Of a stretch of 45,701 bases of DNA, positions 1-10,800 are shown piece by piece. Made by a program: the position numbers and the translations under genes. The notes below the pieces were generated by a model. The model had not been told where the DNA came from and ran no database searches. It saw only the letters and a list, made by a program, of their open reading frames with translations. Each line of letters starts with the position of its first letter. The stretch's first letter is position 1. This DNA comes from Candidatus Aenigmarchaeota archaeon LH_S6 (GTDB lineage Archaea; Aenigmatarchaeota; Aenigmatarchaeia; QMZS01): the NCBI GenBank assembly GCA_023659935.1, contig JAGXOK010000004.1, positions 1 to 45,701 on the forward strand, written 5' to 3'.

Positions 1-164
1 TAAAAAAAGACAGAGAGGGAATTACTATTTCCGAGATGGCAGAAAAACTCAAAGTCCACAGACACACCATGACAAAATATATCTACAGAATTGAGGGGGA
101 AAGAAAGATAAAAATTAGGAAAATAGGAAAAGCAAAACTCTGCTATCTAAATTCTAGAAAATAA
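1..164 (+). CDS. Small winged-HTH DNA-binding protein, 5' truncated by the window edge
   Basis: Manual translation from position 3: KKDREGITISEMAEKLKVHRHTMTKYIYRIEGERKIKIRKIGKAKLCYLNSRK*, an HTH plus wing pattern. Not in the ORF track. Confidence 0.7.
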   Translation, partial: KKDREGITISEMAEKLKVHRHTMTKYIYRIEGERKIKIRKIGKAKLCYLNSRK

Positions 165-191
165 AACTTCAGTTTTCCTTTTAAAGAAATG

Positions 192-199
192 TTTATATA
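192..199 (+). promoter_or_regulatory. Putative archaeal TATA box (TTTATATA) for a leaderless transcript starting near ATG 216
   Basis: TTTATATA begins 24 nt before the ATG, with a purine-rich stretch upstream. The AT-rich background makes this weak. Confidence 0.4.
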
Positions 200-215
200 A
201 AAAATAATTTCAATT

Positions 216-875
216 ATGCAAAGAGCAGAAATTATTGCAAAGGGGGAAGTCCAGAAAGTTGGTTATAGAGATGTAGTTCAGGAAATTGCAAGAAAATTTG
301 GAATTGTTGGATATGTTGAAACTTTAGAAGATGGAGATGTTAAAATAGTTGCAGAAGGAAAAGAAGAAATTTTAAGAAAATTTGCTGAGGCAATAAAAAT
401 AAAGAAAGACTTTATTGAGGTTCGAGAAACAAAAGTGAGTTTTAAACCTGCAACCGAAGAATTTAAATTATTTAAAATAAAATATGGTGATATACAAGAA
501 GAACTTGGAGACAGGATGGGTGCAGCAATTTTGTACATTAACAAGACTAATGAGAAAATATATTCAGGAAATTAAAAACTGTCCGAAGATATTAGAAGTG
601 GTAATGAAAAATTGTCAGTTAAACAAGACCAGATGTTAGATAAACAAGACCAGACAATTGGGGTAATAAAAGAAGGTACAGAGGAAATGAGGGAATCCAG
701 GGAGGAAAATAAAACTATCTTAAAGGATTTTCACCAGGAAACAATTCAGAGATTTGATATGGTTGATGTAAAATATGGGAAAATTGCAGAAAACATGGAG
801 AAAATTTTGCAGGAAATGAAAGAGGAAAGAAGAGAATTTAGGGAAACTATTGAAAGATTTATTAAAGCAGTTTAG
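216..875 (+). pseudogene. Acylphosphatase-domain/coiled-coil protein interrupted by an in-frame TAA at 573-575
   Basis: ORFs 216-575 and 612-875 share a frame. AAT TAA AAA CTG TCC GAA here corresponds to AAT GAA AAA CTG TCC GAA in paralog 3351-4193. The N-terminus has the acylphosphatase-like GEVQKVGYR motif. Confidence 0.8.
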
Positions 876-1304
876 AAAAGAAATAATGGTATTTGCTTGT
901 CCCTTTTGGCTTTATACAACATGTGATCCTTGTTTACATGAGCAATTAATGGTTTCAAAGTAGTTGTTTTAACCTGAGAAAACCTTGATTTTTGACTATT
1001 ACAATAGTATTGTACAAATATAAATTTTATAACGGAGAAGAAGGTTGTTAAAATGATAAATAACAAAGTTATAGAAGCTAAATTTGATAGATATAAAAGA
1101 ATTTAAGCTTGAAATCCAAATTTTATAAATTATGGCACAAACATATTCTATAGACACAAAAGGATACACAACAAATGATTATCTAAACAAAAAATTAGGA
1201 GAAGATAAAATATTAGTTACAACTAATCTATCTTTTTAGTGAAGTAAGTGTGCGAAATTAGGCTTCTTGGAGAGAATTGATTATTTTATTCCCTACACCT
1301 TTAT

Positions 1305-1359
1305 ATTTAAAGAATAAAAACAAATTAAGTCAGGGTGAGAGAATAAGATGGAAACAATA
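1305..1359 (+). repeat. 55-bp direct repeat, copy 1 (upstream region, RBS and first codons of ORF 1348)
   Basis: Matches 1981-2035 with one mismatch. Confidence 0.9.
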
Positions 1360-1584
1360 GAAGAAATAAAAGAGAAATTTAAAGATGAGTGGGTTTTGGT
1401 TGAGGTTTTAAGTGAGAATGAGTTGGAAGAACCAGTAAATGTTAAATTAATAGCACACAGTAAGAATAGAGATGATACTTATGCTGCAATGAAGCAAATG
1501 AAAGGAAAATATGTTTATCATTTTTACACAGGAAAAATTCCAGAAAAAGGTTATGCTGTTGCATTTTTAGTGATAAAATGGTAA
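1348..1584 (+). CDS. DUF5678-like small protein, putative antitoxin or partner of the downstream aspartic protease
   Basis: 78 aa with KFKDEWVLVEV...LIAHSKNRDD...YHFYTG; GGTGA RBS; overlaps the protease start. Confidence 0.6.
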   Translation: METIEEIKEKFKDEWVLVEVLSENELEEPVNVKLIAHSKNRDDTYAAMKQMKGKYVYHFYTGKIPEKGYAVAFLVIKW

Positions 1585-1964
1585 AGTGTAATTTTAATCC
1601 AAAAGAACCGATAATTAGTGTAAATCCTAAAATGGAAGGAATAAATGAAATTAAAAAAGTAAAAATGGCTTTGGATACTGGAGCAACTTATGTTTTAATT
1701 CCCTGGGAGATCGCAGAAGCTTTAGGTTATCAACCCGAATTGTCAAAGGAGAGAATAGATATGACAACGGTATCAGGTGTTGAAAAAGTTCCTTTACTAA
1801 TTATAAAATCAATTTCTGTATTTGGGAAAAAAGCAGAAAATGTTAAGGTAGTAGTTCATGATTTGCCAGCAAAAAGTTATGTGGATGGTCTGCTTGGTTT
1901 AAGTTTTTTTAGAAATTTTAGAATTTGTTTGGATTTTAAACAAGGCATTTTAGAAATTGATTAG
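1578..1964 (+). CDS. Retropepsin-like (clan AA) aspartic protease
   Basis: ALDTGAT catalytic motif and C-terminal GLLGLSFF motif; single domain of 128 aa. Confidence 0.85.
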   Translation: MVKCNFNPKEPIISVNPKMEGINEIKKVKMALDTGATYVLIPWEIAEALGYQPELSKERIDMTTVSGVEKVPLLIIKSISVFGKKAENVKVVVHDLPAKSYVDGLLGLSFFRNFRICLDFKQGILEID

Positions 1965-1980
1965 AAACAGCAAGGGCTTA

Positions 1981-2035
1981 ATTTAAAGAATAAAAACAAA
2001 TTAAGTCAAGGTGAGAGAATAAGATGGAAACAATA
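1981..2035 (+). repeat. 55-bp direct repeat, copy 2
   Basis: Matches 1305-1359; its ATG frame does not continue as the same gene. Confidence 0.9.
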
Positions 2036-2040
2036 AAGAA

Positions 2041-2210
2041 GATAACAACATTAGCATCTACAACGAATCTTATAGTTTATCCATACAATATACCTTTTAG
2101 CTAAACCTTCGCTTATCTTGTTTACTAACTCCTCTGCCTTTTCTTCTGTTAATTTAGATTTCTGCAACCCTCTTTCCAGTCTTTCAATTCTTTCTAATTT
2201 TTCTTTAAGT
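2041..2210 (-). pseudogene. Remnant of a VapBC-like antitoxin/PIN toxin pair
   Basis: The minus strand reads LKEKLERIERLERGLQKSKLTEEKAEELVNKISEGLAKRY (antitoxin-like C-terminus), then in another frame IRFVVDANVVI (PIN-domain first strand). Both ends are truncated. Confidence 0.55.
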
Positions 2211-2253
2211 AAACTTTTTATATATAATTGTATACCTAATATTATGAATTAAA

Positions 2254-2832
2254 ATGTTAGAGAAATTATTTACTTCAAAAACGAGAATGAGAATTTTAGA
2301 GTTGTTAATCTTTAATCCAGATAGAGAATTTCATTTAAGAGAGATTTCAAGAGAAGTAAAAATAACGCCAATTTATGTTAAAAAAGAATTGCAAAAGCTA
2401 AAAGAATTAAATCTTGTATTAAAATCAAAAAAAGGAAACCTGAGCATATTCCAGATAAACAGAAACTCATTGATATTTGCTGAACTTAAAAGCATTTTTA
2501 TAAAAACAGAATATTTTGGAGATTTGATAAAAAAATCTTTAAAGAAATTAAAAATTGATTTTGCCTTTATTTTTGGTTCTTTTGCAAAAGGTATTGAAAG
2601 TAGGGAGAGCGATATTGATTTATTTGTTATTGGTGATATCAAAGAGGATGAGTTGATGGACATTATTCAAAAAATAGAAAAACAAACTGGAAGAGAAATT
2701 AATTATATTTTATGGAAAAAATCTTTGTTTATGAAGAGGGCAAAAAAACACCACTTGCTTAATGAAATTGGTAAAAACCCTGTAATAATGCTTGTTGGAG
2801 ATGAAAATGAACTCAGGAAGATCATCGCGTAA
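2254..2832 (+). CDS. Winged-HTH plus minimal nucleotidyltransferase (MNT antitoxin)
   Basis: N-terminal HTH (FHLREISREV...YVKKELQKL) and the Pol-beta NTase motif FGSFAKG...SDIDLFVIG. Confidence 0.85.
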   Translation: MLEKLFTSKTRMRILELLIFNPDREFHLREISREVKITPIYVKKELQKLKELNLVLKSKKGNLSIFQINRNSLIFAELKSIFIKTEYFGDLIKKSLKKLKIDFAFIFGSFAKGIESRESDIDLFVIGDIKEDELMDIIQKIEKQTGREINYILWKKSLFMKRAKKHHLLNEIGKNPVIMLVGDENELRKIIA

Positions 2833-2833
2833 G

Positions 2834-3253
2834 ATGTGGGAAAAAGTTGGGGTAAATAAGAACCTTGTAGAGAACTCATTATCCTTAGCAAAAAGAGATT
2901 TGAAAACTGCGAAAAATGTTTTTGAAGATAAAGATTATGACTGGTGTTTATCCATTGCTTATAATGCAATGTTACAGGCGGGTAGAGCTTTGATGTTTTC
3001 AAAAGGTTATAGGCCAAAAGGGAAATACAAACATGTTGCTGTTGTGGAATTTGTGAAATCCAAATTTGGCAGAGAATTTGCTGATCAAATGTTATTTATC
3101 TTTAACAAAACAAGAAAGAAAAGACATATTGCAGTTTATGAACAGGTTGAGATAGTCAGTGAAGATGAAGCAAAAAATATAATAAGCTGGGCTACCCAAT
3201 TTGTGAAAAGAGTTGAAGAACTCTTAAAAAATAATGATAGTTATGAGAAATAA
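2834..3253 (+). CDS. HEPN domain protein (MNT-HEPN partner)
   Basis: AYNAMLQAGRALM..GYR....H and RKKRHIAVY motifs; begins right after the MNT stop. Start placed at ATG 2834 rather than 2792. Confidence 0.85.
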   Translation: MWEKVGVNKNLVENSLSLAKRDLKTAKNVFEDKDYDWCLSIAYNAMLQAGRALMFSKGYRPKGKYKHVAVVEFVKSKFGREFADQMLFIFNKTRKKRHIAVYEQVEIVSEDEAKNIISWATQFVKRVEELLKNNDSYEK

Positions 3254-3350
3254 GCTTGGGGGAACAGGTATTGATACATAGAGACACAAGGAATGCTGAT
3301 ATTGGAAGCAATGTCCTCATCTATATTTAAAGGATTTTAAAGTTATAATT

Positions 3351-4193
3351 ATGCAAAGAGCAGAAATTGTTGCAGAGGGGGAAGTCCAGAAAGTTGGTTA
3401 TAGGGATGTAGTTCAGAAAATTGCAAGAAAACTTGGAATTGTTGGGTATGCTGAAAATTTAGAAGGTGGAGATGTTAAAATAGTTGCAGAAGGAAAAGAA
3501 GAAATTTTAAGAAAATTTATTGAAAAAATAAAGATAAATAAATTTCCAATTTTTGTTGAGAAAATTGAAACAGAATTTGCAGAAGCAGAGAACGAATTTA
3601 AATATTTTAAGATTAAAAGAGGAGACTGGAGAGAAGAACTTGGAGAAAGAGTTGATATGGCAGGAACCTTACTTTATAGGTCTGTAGAATTAGGAGAGAA
3701 AAATTTGGAGCAGGGGGATAAAATGTTAGAAAAACAAGACCAGATGTCAGCTAAACAAGACCAGATGTTAGATAAACAAGACCAGACAATTGGGGTGATA
3801 AAAGAAGGTAACGAAAAACTGTCCGAAGATATTAGAAGTGGTAATGAAAAACTGTCCGAAGATATTAGAAGTGGTAATGAAAAAATTTGCAACAAACTTG
3901 ATTCAGGAAATGAAAAACTTCTTGAGGGACAAGATAAAATGTTAGAAAAACAGGACCAGACAATTGGGGTAATAAGAGAAGGCACAGAAGAAATGAGAGA
4001 ATCCAGGGAGGAAAATAAAACTATCTTAAAGGATTTTCACCAGGAAACAATTCAGAGATTTGATATGGTTGATGTAAAATATGGGAAAATTGCAGAAAAC
4101 ATGGAGAAAATTTTGCAGGAAATGAAAGAAGAAAGAAGAGAATTTAGGGAAACTATTGAAAAACTCATAAAAACATCTTTAGAAAAGAAATAA
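3351..4193 (+). CDS. Acylphosphatase-domain protein with a repeat-rich coiled-coil C-terminus
   Basis: GEVQKVGYR...GYAENLEGG motifs, followed by QDxMLxK heptads and GNEKLSEDIRS repeats. Confidence 0.8.
   Translation: MQRAEIVAEGEVQKVGYRDVVQKIARKLGIVGYAENLEGGDVKIVAEGKEEILRKFIEKIKINKFPIFVEKIETEFAEAENEFKYFKIKRGDWREELGERVDMAGTLLYRSVELGEKNLEQGDKMLEKQDQMSAKQDQMLDKQDQTIGVIKEGNEKLSEDIRSGNEKLSEDIRSGNEKICNKLDSGNEKLLEGQDKMLEKQDQTIGVIREGTEEMRESREENKTILKDFHQETIQRFDMVDVKYGKIAENMEKILQEMKEERREFRETIEKLIKTSLEKK
3732..3884 (+). repeat. In-frame tandem repeats: 21-bp units (3732-3786) and 33-bp units (3807-3884)
   Basis: AAACAAGACCAGATGTYAGMT about 2.6 copies; GGTAAYGAAAAACTGTCCGAAGATATTAGAAGT about 2.4 copies. 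Confidence 0.9.
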
Positions 4194-4393
4194 TGGTGTT
4201 TGCTTGTCCCTTTTGGCTTTATACAACATGTAAAGATTGCGAATATGGAAAAGAAGTGATGAAAAGAGAAAAAATAAAGAATGAGTCTCAAATAATAAGC
4301 AAATGCAAATATTGGATTAAATATAGAGATGAAACAATAAGAATGATGGAAAAATTAAGTGAGGGAAAGAAATCAGTATCACCCCTACATTAG
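4193..4393 (+). CDS. Small Cys-rich hypothetical protein (possible Zn binding)
   Basis: CPFW...CKDC...CKYW; TAATG coupling to the upstream gene; a 5' stub of it also follows the first paralog at about 886-925. Confidence 0.55.
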   Translation: MVFACPFWLYTTCKDCEYGKEVMKREKIKNESQIISKCKYWIKYRDETIRMMEKLSEGKKSVSPLH

Positions 4394-4686
4394 AAACACA
4401 ATCTTTAGAACTTTGTCCATAGGAATAGACTGGTTTTAACCTATCCAAAAATGGAAAGATTCTTCTTAATTTTAAAAATCTCGGAACTTTGTATTCTTTT
4501 ACTGATAATAGAGAGGCAAGTTGAAAAATACTTATACCCACTTCAGATAAAGGTTTATAATTTACCATAGGATTCTTCTAACTTTCCATCAAAACAGTTT
4601 CTGTTTATCTTTAAAGTGTCTATCGACAGTTCTTCTACCTATATATACCTCGACACTATTGTTATATTTATAGACTCCATAAAGGT

Positions 4687-4848
4687 ATGACAAATATGGA
4701 TATTGAAAAGAAAATTCTTAGAATATTAAGAAAAGACAGAGAGGGAGTTACAATTTCTGAGATTGCAGACAAACTCAAGAAAGCAAGAGTCACGACAAGA
4801 AAAACCATATTTAATATTATGAACAGTTTTCTTTATATAGACTTATAA
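4687..4848 (+). pseudogene. Truncated or degenerate paralog of the wHTH gene at 1-164
   Basis: MTNMDIEKKILRILRKDREGVTISEIADKLKK matches KKDREGITISEMAEKLK, then similarity is lost and the wing is missing. Confidence 0.6.
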
Positions 4849-4858
4849 ATACTTGATT

Positions 4859-7800
4859 ATGGAAAAATATTTTAAGTCTGTTTTCAGTCCAACAAATAAA
4901 TTTAAATTGTTGAGTGTTTCTATTTTGATGATTTTGTTATTTGTTCTTCCTATGATTTTTGCAAAGGATGGAAACTTAGCCCCAGAATATTCTAAAGCAG
5001 GAGTAAATGTGTCCATGCTTTGGTTTAATGTGTCTAATACTAGCAATACAGGCAATACTTTAGACAATGTTACTATTAACCAAACTGGAACAGCTAGTGA
5101 TTCAAATATAACTGCTGTTAGAGTTCTTAATGAAACTAGTGATATTATAAATGAAACTTCTGATCCTGCTTTTCCTATAACCTTAGGTATAAACCTAGCC
5201 ATTACTGAAATGAGGAATTGGTCAATACAATTTGAATTAAACTCTTCTGCAACTAATGGAACAACAATTCAGTCAAATGTAACAGATATTCATAATGAAA
5301 CTAATGTAACTTATTCAGCACTTCCTTATACATCTGATATAACTACTATTGACACAATCCCTCCAACAATAAACTTCACTTCTCCAACAGAACCCAACGG
5401 AACAACAATATCAAGAAACTGGACAGAAGTAAATGTTACAATAGATGAATCGGATCTTGGTACATTCAGATTCAACTGGAACACAACAAATTACACATTC
5501 TATAATGATTCTTTAGTCTTGGGAATGAATCTCAACAATAATTCTGCAATAGGAGAGAATTCAACATTAGCAGTGGATATCTCAAAGTATGGGAATAATG
5601 GAACAATAGAAAAACTAAGTGAGTGGTGGAATGAGAGTTTTAAATACAGAAAGAACCCAACGATTACGAATAACAATGATACAAATCTTACAGCAGGAGA
5701 TCCACTAAACTTCACGATAGATACAGAAAGTCTGACAGATGCTGGAAAGCTACTTGCTAACGGTTCTGATCTTAGAATAACCAATGGAACTACAGAAATA
5801 AACAGGACAAACTCAACTGAATTTAATTCCTCAGATACAATGATTTGGTTCAATGCTCAGGAACAGATAGACGGTGGAACCTCAACCTCAGATTATTATG
5901 TCTATTATGGAAATTCTGAGGCTGGAACTCCAGGAACAGGGGGAATTACTACTGAACAGAGTTATAATCTAACTGTTGATAAAGGAGTAGAAAATGTAAT
6001 CAGGGCACAGTATGTAGATGGCAAGTTCGGTAAGGCTCTCTCTTTTGACGGGACGGATGATTATGTGGAGATTACCAATGATCCTTCGCTTAGTCCCACC
6101 GATATAACCATTTCTGCATGGATCAAACGAAGAAGTGAAGATACAAAAGATTGTATTTTCCATAGAGGTGATTGGGCAAGTGCAGATGGGGATTTAGTAT
6201 TTTTCGGCGTGATGGCATCAACAGATACAGAATCTAACAAGTTACAATTTTCGATTGAAGATCCAGACGGAACAGCAAACAGACTACACTCTAATACAAG
6301 TATCTTGAAAAATGAATGGTATTATGTTGTTGCAACACGAGATTCTTCAAACATGAAAGTATATGTGAATGGGGAACTTGATGCCTCCAGTGGAACTGCC
6401 TCTATGGCAACATCTCAAACCAATCATTTAATTGGAATTCATTACTACGATGGAGCAATTAGTACTGACAAAGCTTTCAACGGCACAATCGACGAAGTCC
6501 GTATCTACAATCAATCTCTTTCATCTGATGAAATAAAAATACACTATAAGTCAGAATTCCAGAAATACAATTCAACCCAATACAGGTTTTATGATAATGT
6601 AACAGATTCAGATGGAACTTATACTTATTATGGATGGGCAAATGACACAGCAGGAAATACCAATAAAACAGAAACAAAGACAATAACCTTAGATACAACA
6701 CCACCAGAAATACAATTTGTAAGTCTTACAACAGAAACAGGAAACCACTCCCAGGATTGGATTTCAGCAAATGTAACTGCTTCAGACTCAGGAGTAGAAT
6801 TGGACACAATAAACCTAACTCTCTGGAACTCAACAGGTCTATACCAAGAAAACACAACCTCAGACACACAAATCTATATAAATTACACAGGTTTACCAGA
6901 TGATACTTACTACCTAAACGCAACAGCAAATGACACTTTAGGAAACATAGGACAAAAAATAAGGACAATTCTATTAGACACAACTCCACCAACAACAAAT
7001 GCAACAGCAGTTAAAGAAGATGGAACAGATTACACCTTCGATACCTGGACAAATTCTTCCTATGTAAATGTAACTTTAAATTGCTCTGATTCTGGATCAG
7101 GCTGTGATATAACACAATACTGTAATGATACAGCCAATAACTGCACTCCAAATTGGTATTATCCTTGGGATTACAGAAAACAAATAAATATTACGGGCCG
7201 TAACTTTACAACAACAGGAACTAATTCAACCCTGCTGGAGGTAGATTCAAACTCTCTGGCTCATTTCATCCAAATCCATGACCTAAATAACCAATCTTCT
7301 GAATACACAAATCTGACAGTCGAATACGAAAACGATACAGCCACAGAAGATGCAACCGTTTATGTCAACACCCACCAACTTGGAACCGTGCCCCTAAGCC
7401 AAGATACCTACACATTCACAAATGTTAGCCAGAGCTGGTTAACAGAGGCAAACCCAGTTAACATAACCTACTCATCAACTGGTTTAATCAACATAACACA
7501 ATCCACATTACTCTATTTTATCACCAATGTCTCAGACTACCAAGTAAATATTTCAGTACCCTATGACTCTGACATGCAAGTTGACTTTGATGATCTAAGA
7601 TTCACCTATCTGAATGACACAACAGAGCAGGAAATCCCTTACTGGATTGGGAAGAACACAGAAATAGTAGAGAACTCAACCCAGTTAGATACAACAAGCT
7701 CAGCTTCTCACTTTGTTTCCCTTGAAGACTGGCTTTCATCTAGAAACGCAACCCTAACAACTACTTATCTAAATGATTCGATGTCTAATACCACAACAGT

Positions 7801-10800
7801 CTATGTTGAGGGAAACAGTCTCGGAACTCTGCCTCTAACAACAGACTCTTACACATTCACAAATGTCTCCCAATCATGGCTAGATTCTTCAACAAACATA
7901 ACCTATTCTACTAATGGAACAGCGAACATAACAAAATCATCCTTGGAATATTACCTAAACAAGAGTAAAACATGGGTAAAAGTTCCATTCATCGAGGCAA
8001 ATTCACAGGAAACTTTATACATGTATTACGGCAACCCTTCTGCCCCTTCTGCCTCAAATGGAACTAAGACTTTTGAGACCTTTGATGATTTTAACAGACC
8101 AGATGGACCAATAGATGGAAATTGGAGTATTTGGGAAGATACATTAGAGGCAAATGTTTCATCAAATCAAGCCAAGATAACTGAAACTTCAGATTTTGGT
8201 CATTTTCAGCCAGTAGTGACTTCCCCAGTTTTGGATGATATCGCCATTCATACTAAATTGTTATACGATGGACCGGCTGGAGATGGACCGGGAGTGGTAT
8301 TTCGTGCTCAAGATTTAGATAATTTGTATGATTTTGAACTAGACATTGATGATGATAGTGTTATAGGAAGAAAAATTGTTAGTGGAAGTAGTACTGGCAT
8401 GGATACTGGTAGTGTTAGCTTGTCATACGGTACTTGGTATGAGTTAAAGAGTACAATACTGGGGGAAACATTCACAGCTTTTCTTGATGGCACTCAAATT
8501 TGTCAATTTAATTCTAGCGACTTTGCTTCAGGGAAGACAGGCATTGGAATTTGGGAAAATGCCGAAACTAATCAATATGCACTTTTCGATGATTACTTTG
8601 TTCACAAATACGCCACACCAGAGCCAACATATACAATCGGCTCAGAAGAAACCTCAAACTTTCAGATTACAACTGAAGGAACCTCTTATATCAGATTCAG
8701 AAGCAAGGACATATTAGGAAATTCAGAAGAAACAAAGAATGAGACAATAAAAATAGATACAACTCCACCAACAATTTCAATAACTTATCCTTCTTCAGAT
8801 TCTGTTGTAAATAATTACATCATAAACGGAACATCAACAGACCTCACCCTAAATTATACCAACATCTCAATAAAACAGGGAGGAACAATAATCAACTCAA
8901 CAACCAACTCTTCTGAAAACTGGTCAGTATCTCTATATGCTCCAGATGGAGTTTATAACATAACTGCAACCGCTTATGATGGGGTAGGTTATTCAAACTC
9001 AACAACAAATACAAATATAACAATAGATACAACCTCTCCTTCCCTAAACTTTACTCCCCCAACAGAGCCAAACGGAACAACAATAAATAGAAGTTGGACA
9101 GAAGCAAACATTACAATTGATGAACCTAACTTAGATACTTTCAAATTCAACTGGAACACAACAAACTATACATTCTATAATGATTCTTTAGTCTTGGGAA
9201 TGAATCTCAACAATAATTCAGCAATAGGAGAAAATTCCACAAAAGCAGTGGATATTTCAAAACAACAAAATGATGGAACAATTAATGGTGCTGTATGGGA
9301 TTCATCAGGCAAATTTGGTCCTGCATTAAGTTTTGATGGAATAGACGATTATATCAATATCAGTTCTCTTTCCACAATAGAAACAGTAGAATACTGGAAA
9401 AAGAACGCCACAGATTCTGAATGGTATCACCTAGCAAACTCCAGTGGGACTTTATATGTTAACGGAGTTACAGGTACAAATCAGACAGTTTATATAACCA
9501 ACTCCTCAGGAAATGTAATAATTGGAAAAGATTCAGCAGGCAATTATTTCAACGGTACCATTGATGAAGTCAGAATTTACAGCAGAACTTTGAGCGCAGA
9601 AGAAATCAAAATGCATTATAAATCTGAATTCCAGAAATATAATTCCTCAGAGTGGAGATTTTATGATAATGTAACAAATCAGGCAGATGGAATTTATACT
9701 TATTACGGCTGGGCAAATGATACTCTGGGACATACAAACCAGACAGAAACAAGGACAATTCTATTAGATACTACAAACCCAGAAATACAATTTGTAAGTC
9801 CTACAACAGAAACAGGAAACCACTCTCAAGATTGGATTTCAGCAAACCTAACAGCAAGTGATCCTAACCTAGATACCCTAACTCTCTCCCTCTACAACTC
9901 AACAGGTCTATACCAAGAAAACACAACTTCAGACACACAAATCTATATAAACTACACAGGTTTACCAGATGATACTTATTACCTAAACGCAACAGTAAAT
10001 GACACAGCAGAAAAAGAAAACAAAACAGAAACAAGGACAATTCTATTAGATACAACAGAACCAAACATGAGCTGGGAATACCCAACTCCTGATAACAACT
10101 CCTACAAAACAGAAAACTACATAGAAATAAATCTTACAATTGATGAACCTCATTTTGATTCTTTCAAGTTCAATTGGCATAATGGAACAAACTGGACAAA
10201 TTCAAGTTTCTATGATTCAAATTTGGTTTTGGGTTTGAATTTTAACAATAATTCTGCAATTGGAGAAAACTCAACAAAGGTGGTGGATATTTCAAAGTAT
10301 GGGAATAATGGGGCAATAGCAAAACCAAGTGATTGGTGGAATGAGAGTTTTAAATATAGAAAGAAATTAACAATTACGAATAACAATGCAACAAATCTGA
10401 CAATTGGAGAACCGATTAACTTCACTTTAGATACTGCGAGTTTGGTTTCAACTGGAAAATTATTGGCGAATGGAGATGATTTGAGGATTGTGTGTAGTGG
10501 AGACGAAGTCAATAGGACCAACACAACTTCTTTCAATTCAACTGCTACAGAAATTTGGTTCAAATCTTGTGTTCAGATAGATGCTGGAGAGGATAGTGGG
10601 GACAACTTTTACATTTACTATGGAAATTCTGAGGCTGGGGCACCAGAAACAGGAGGAATTACCACAGAACAGAATTTCAATTTAAGTCAGAGCATTGGCC
10701 CTGAAAATATAATTAGAGCCCAATGGACAACAGGAAGATTTGGAAAAGGTTTAGAATTTGACGGAATAGACGATTATATCAATATCAGTTCTCTTTCCAC

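Noticed and set aside
573-575. Stop-codon reassignment or readthrough
   Set aside because: TAA is the ordinary terminator of most genes in the window, and this is an isolated case.
3732-3884. Possible CRISPR array
   Set aside because: The repeats are contiguous, in frame and lack spacers; no cas genes are present.
872-4568. Minus-strand ORFs 872-1066 and 4317-4568
   Set aside because: No recognisable motifs and they partly overlap other elements; cannot be supported as genes.
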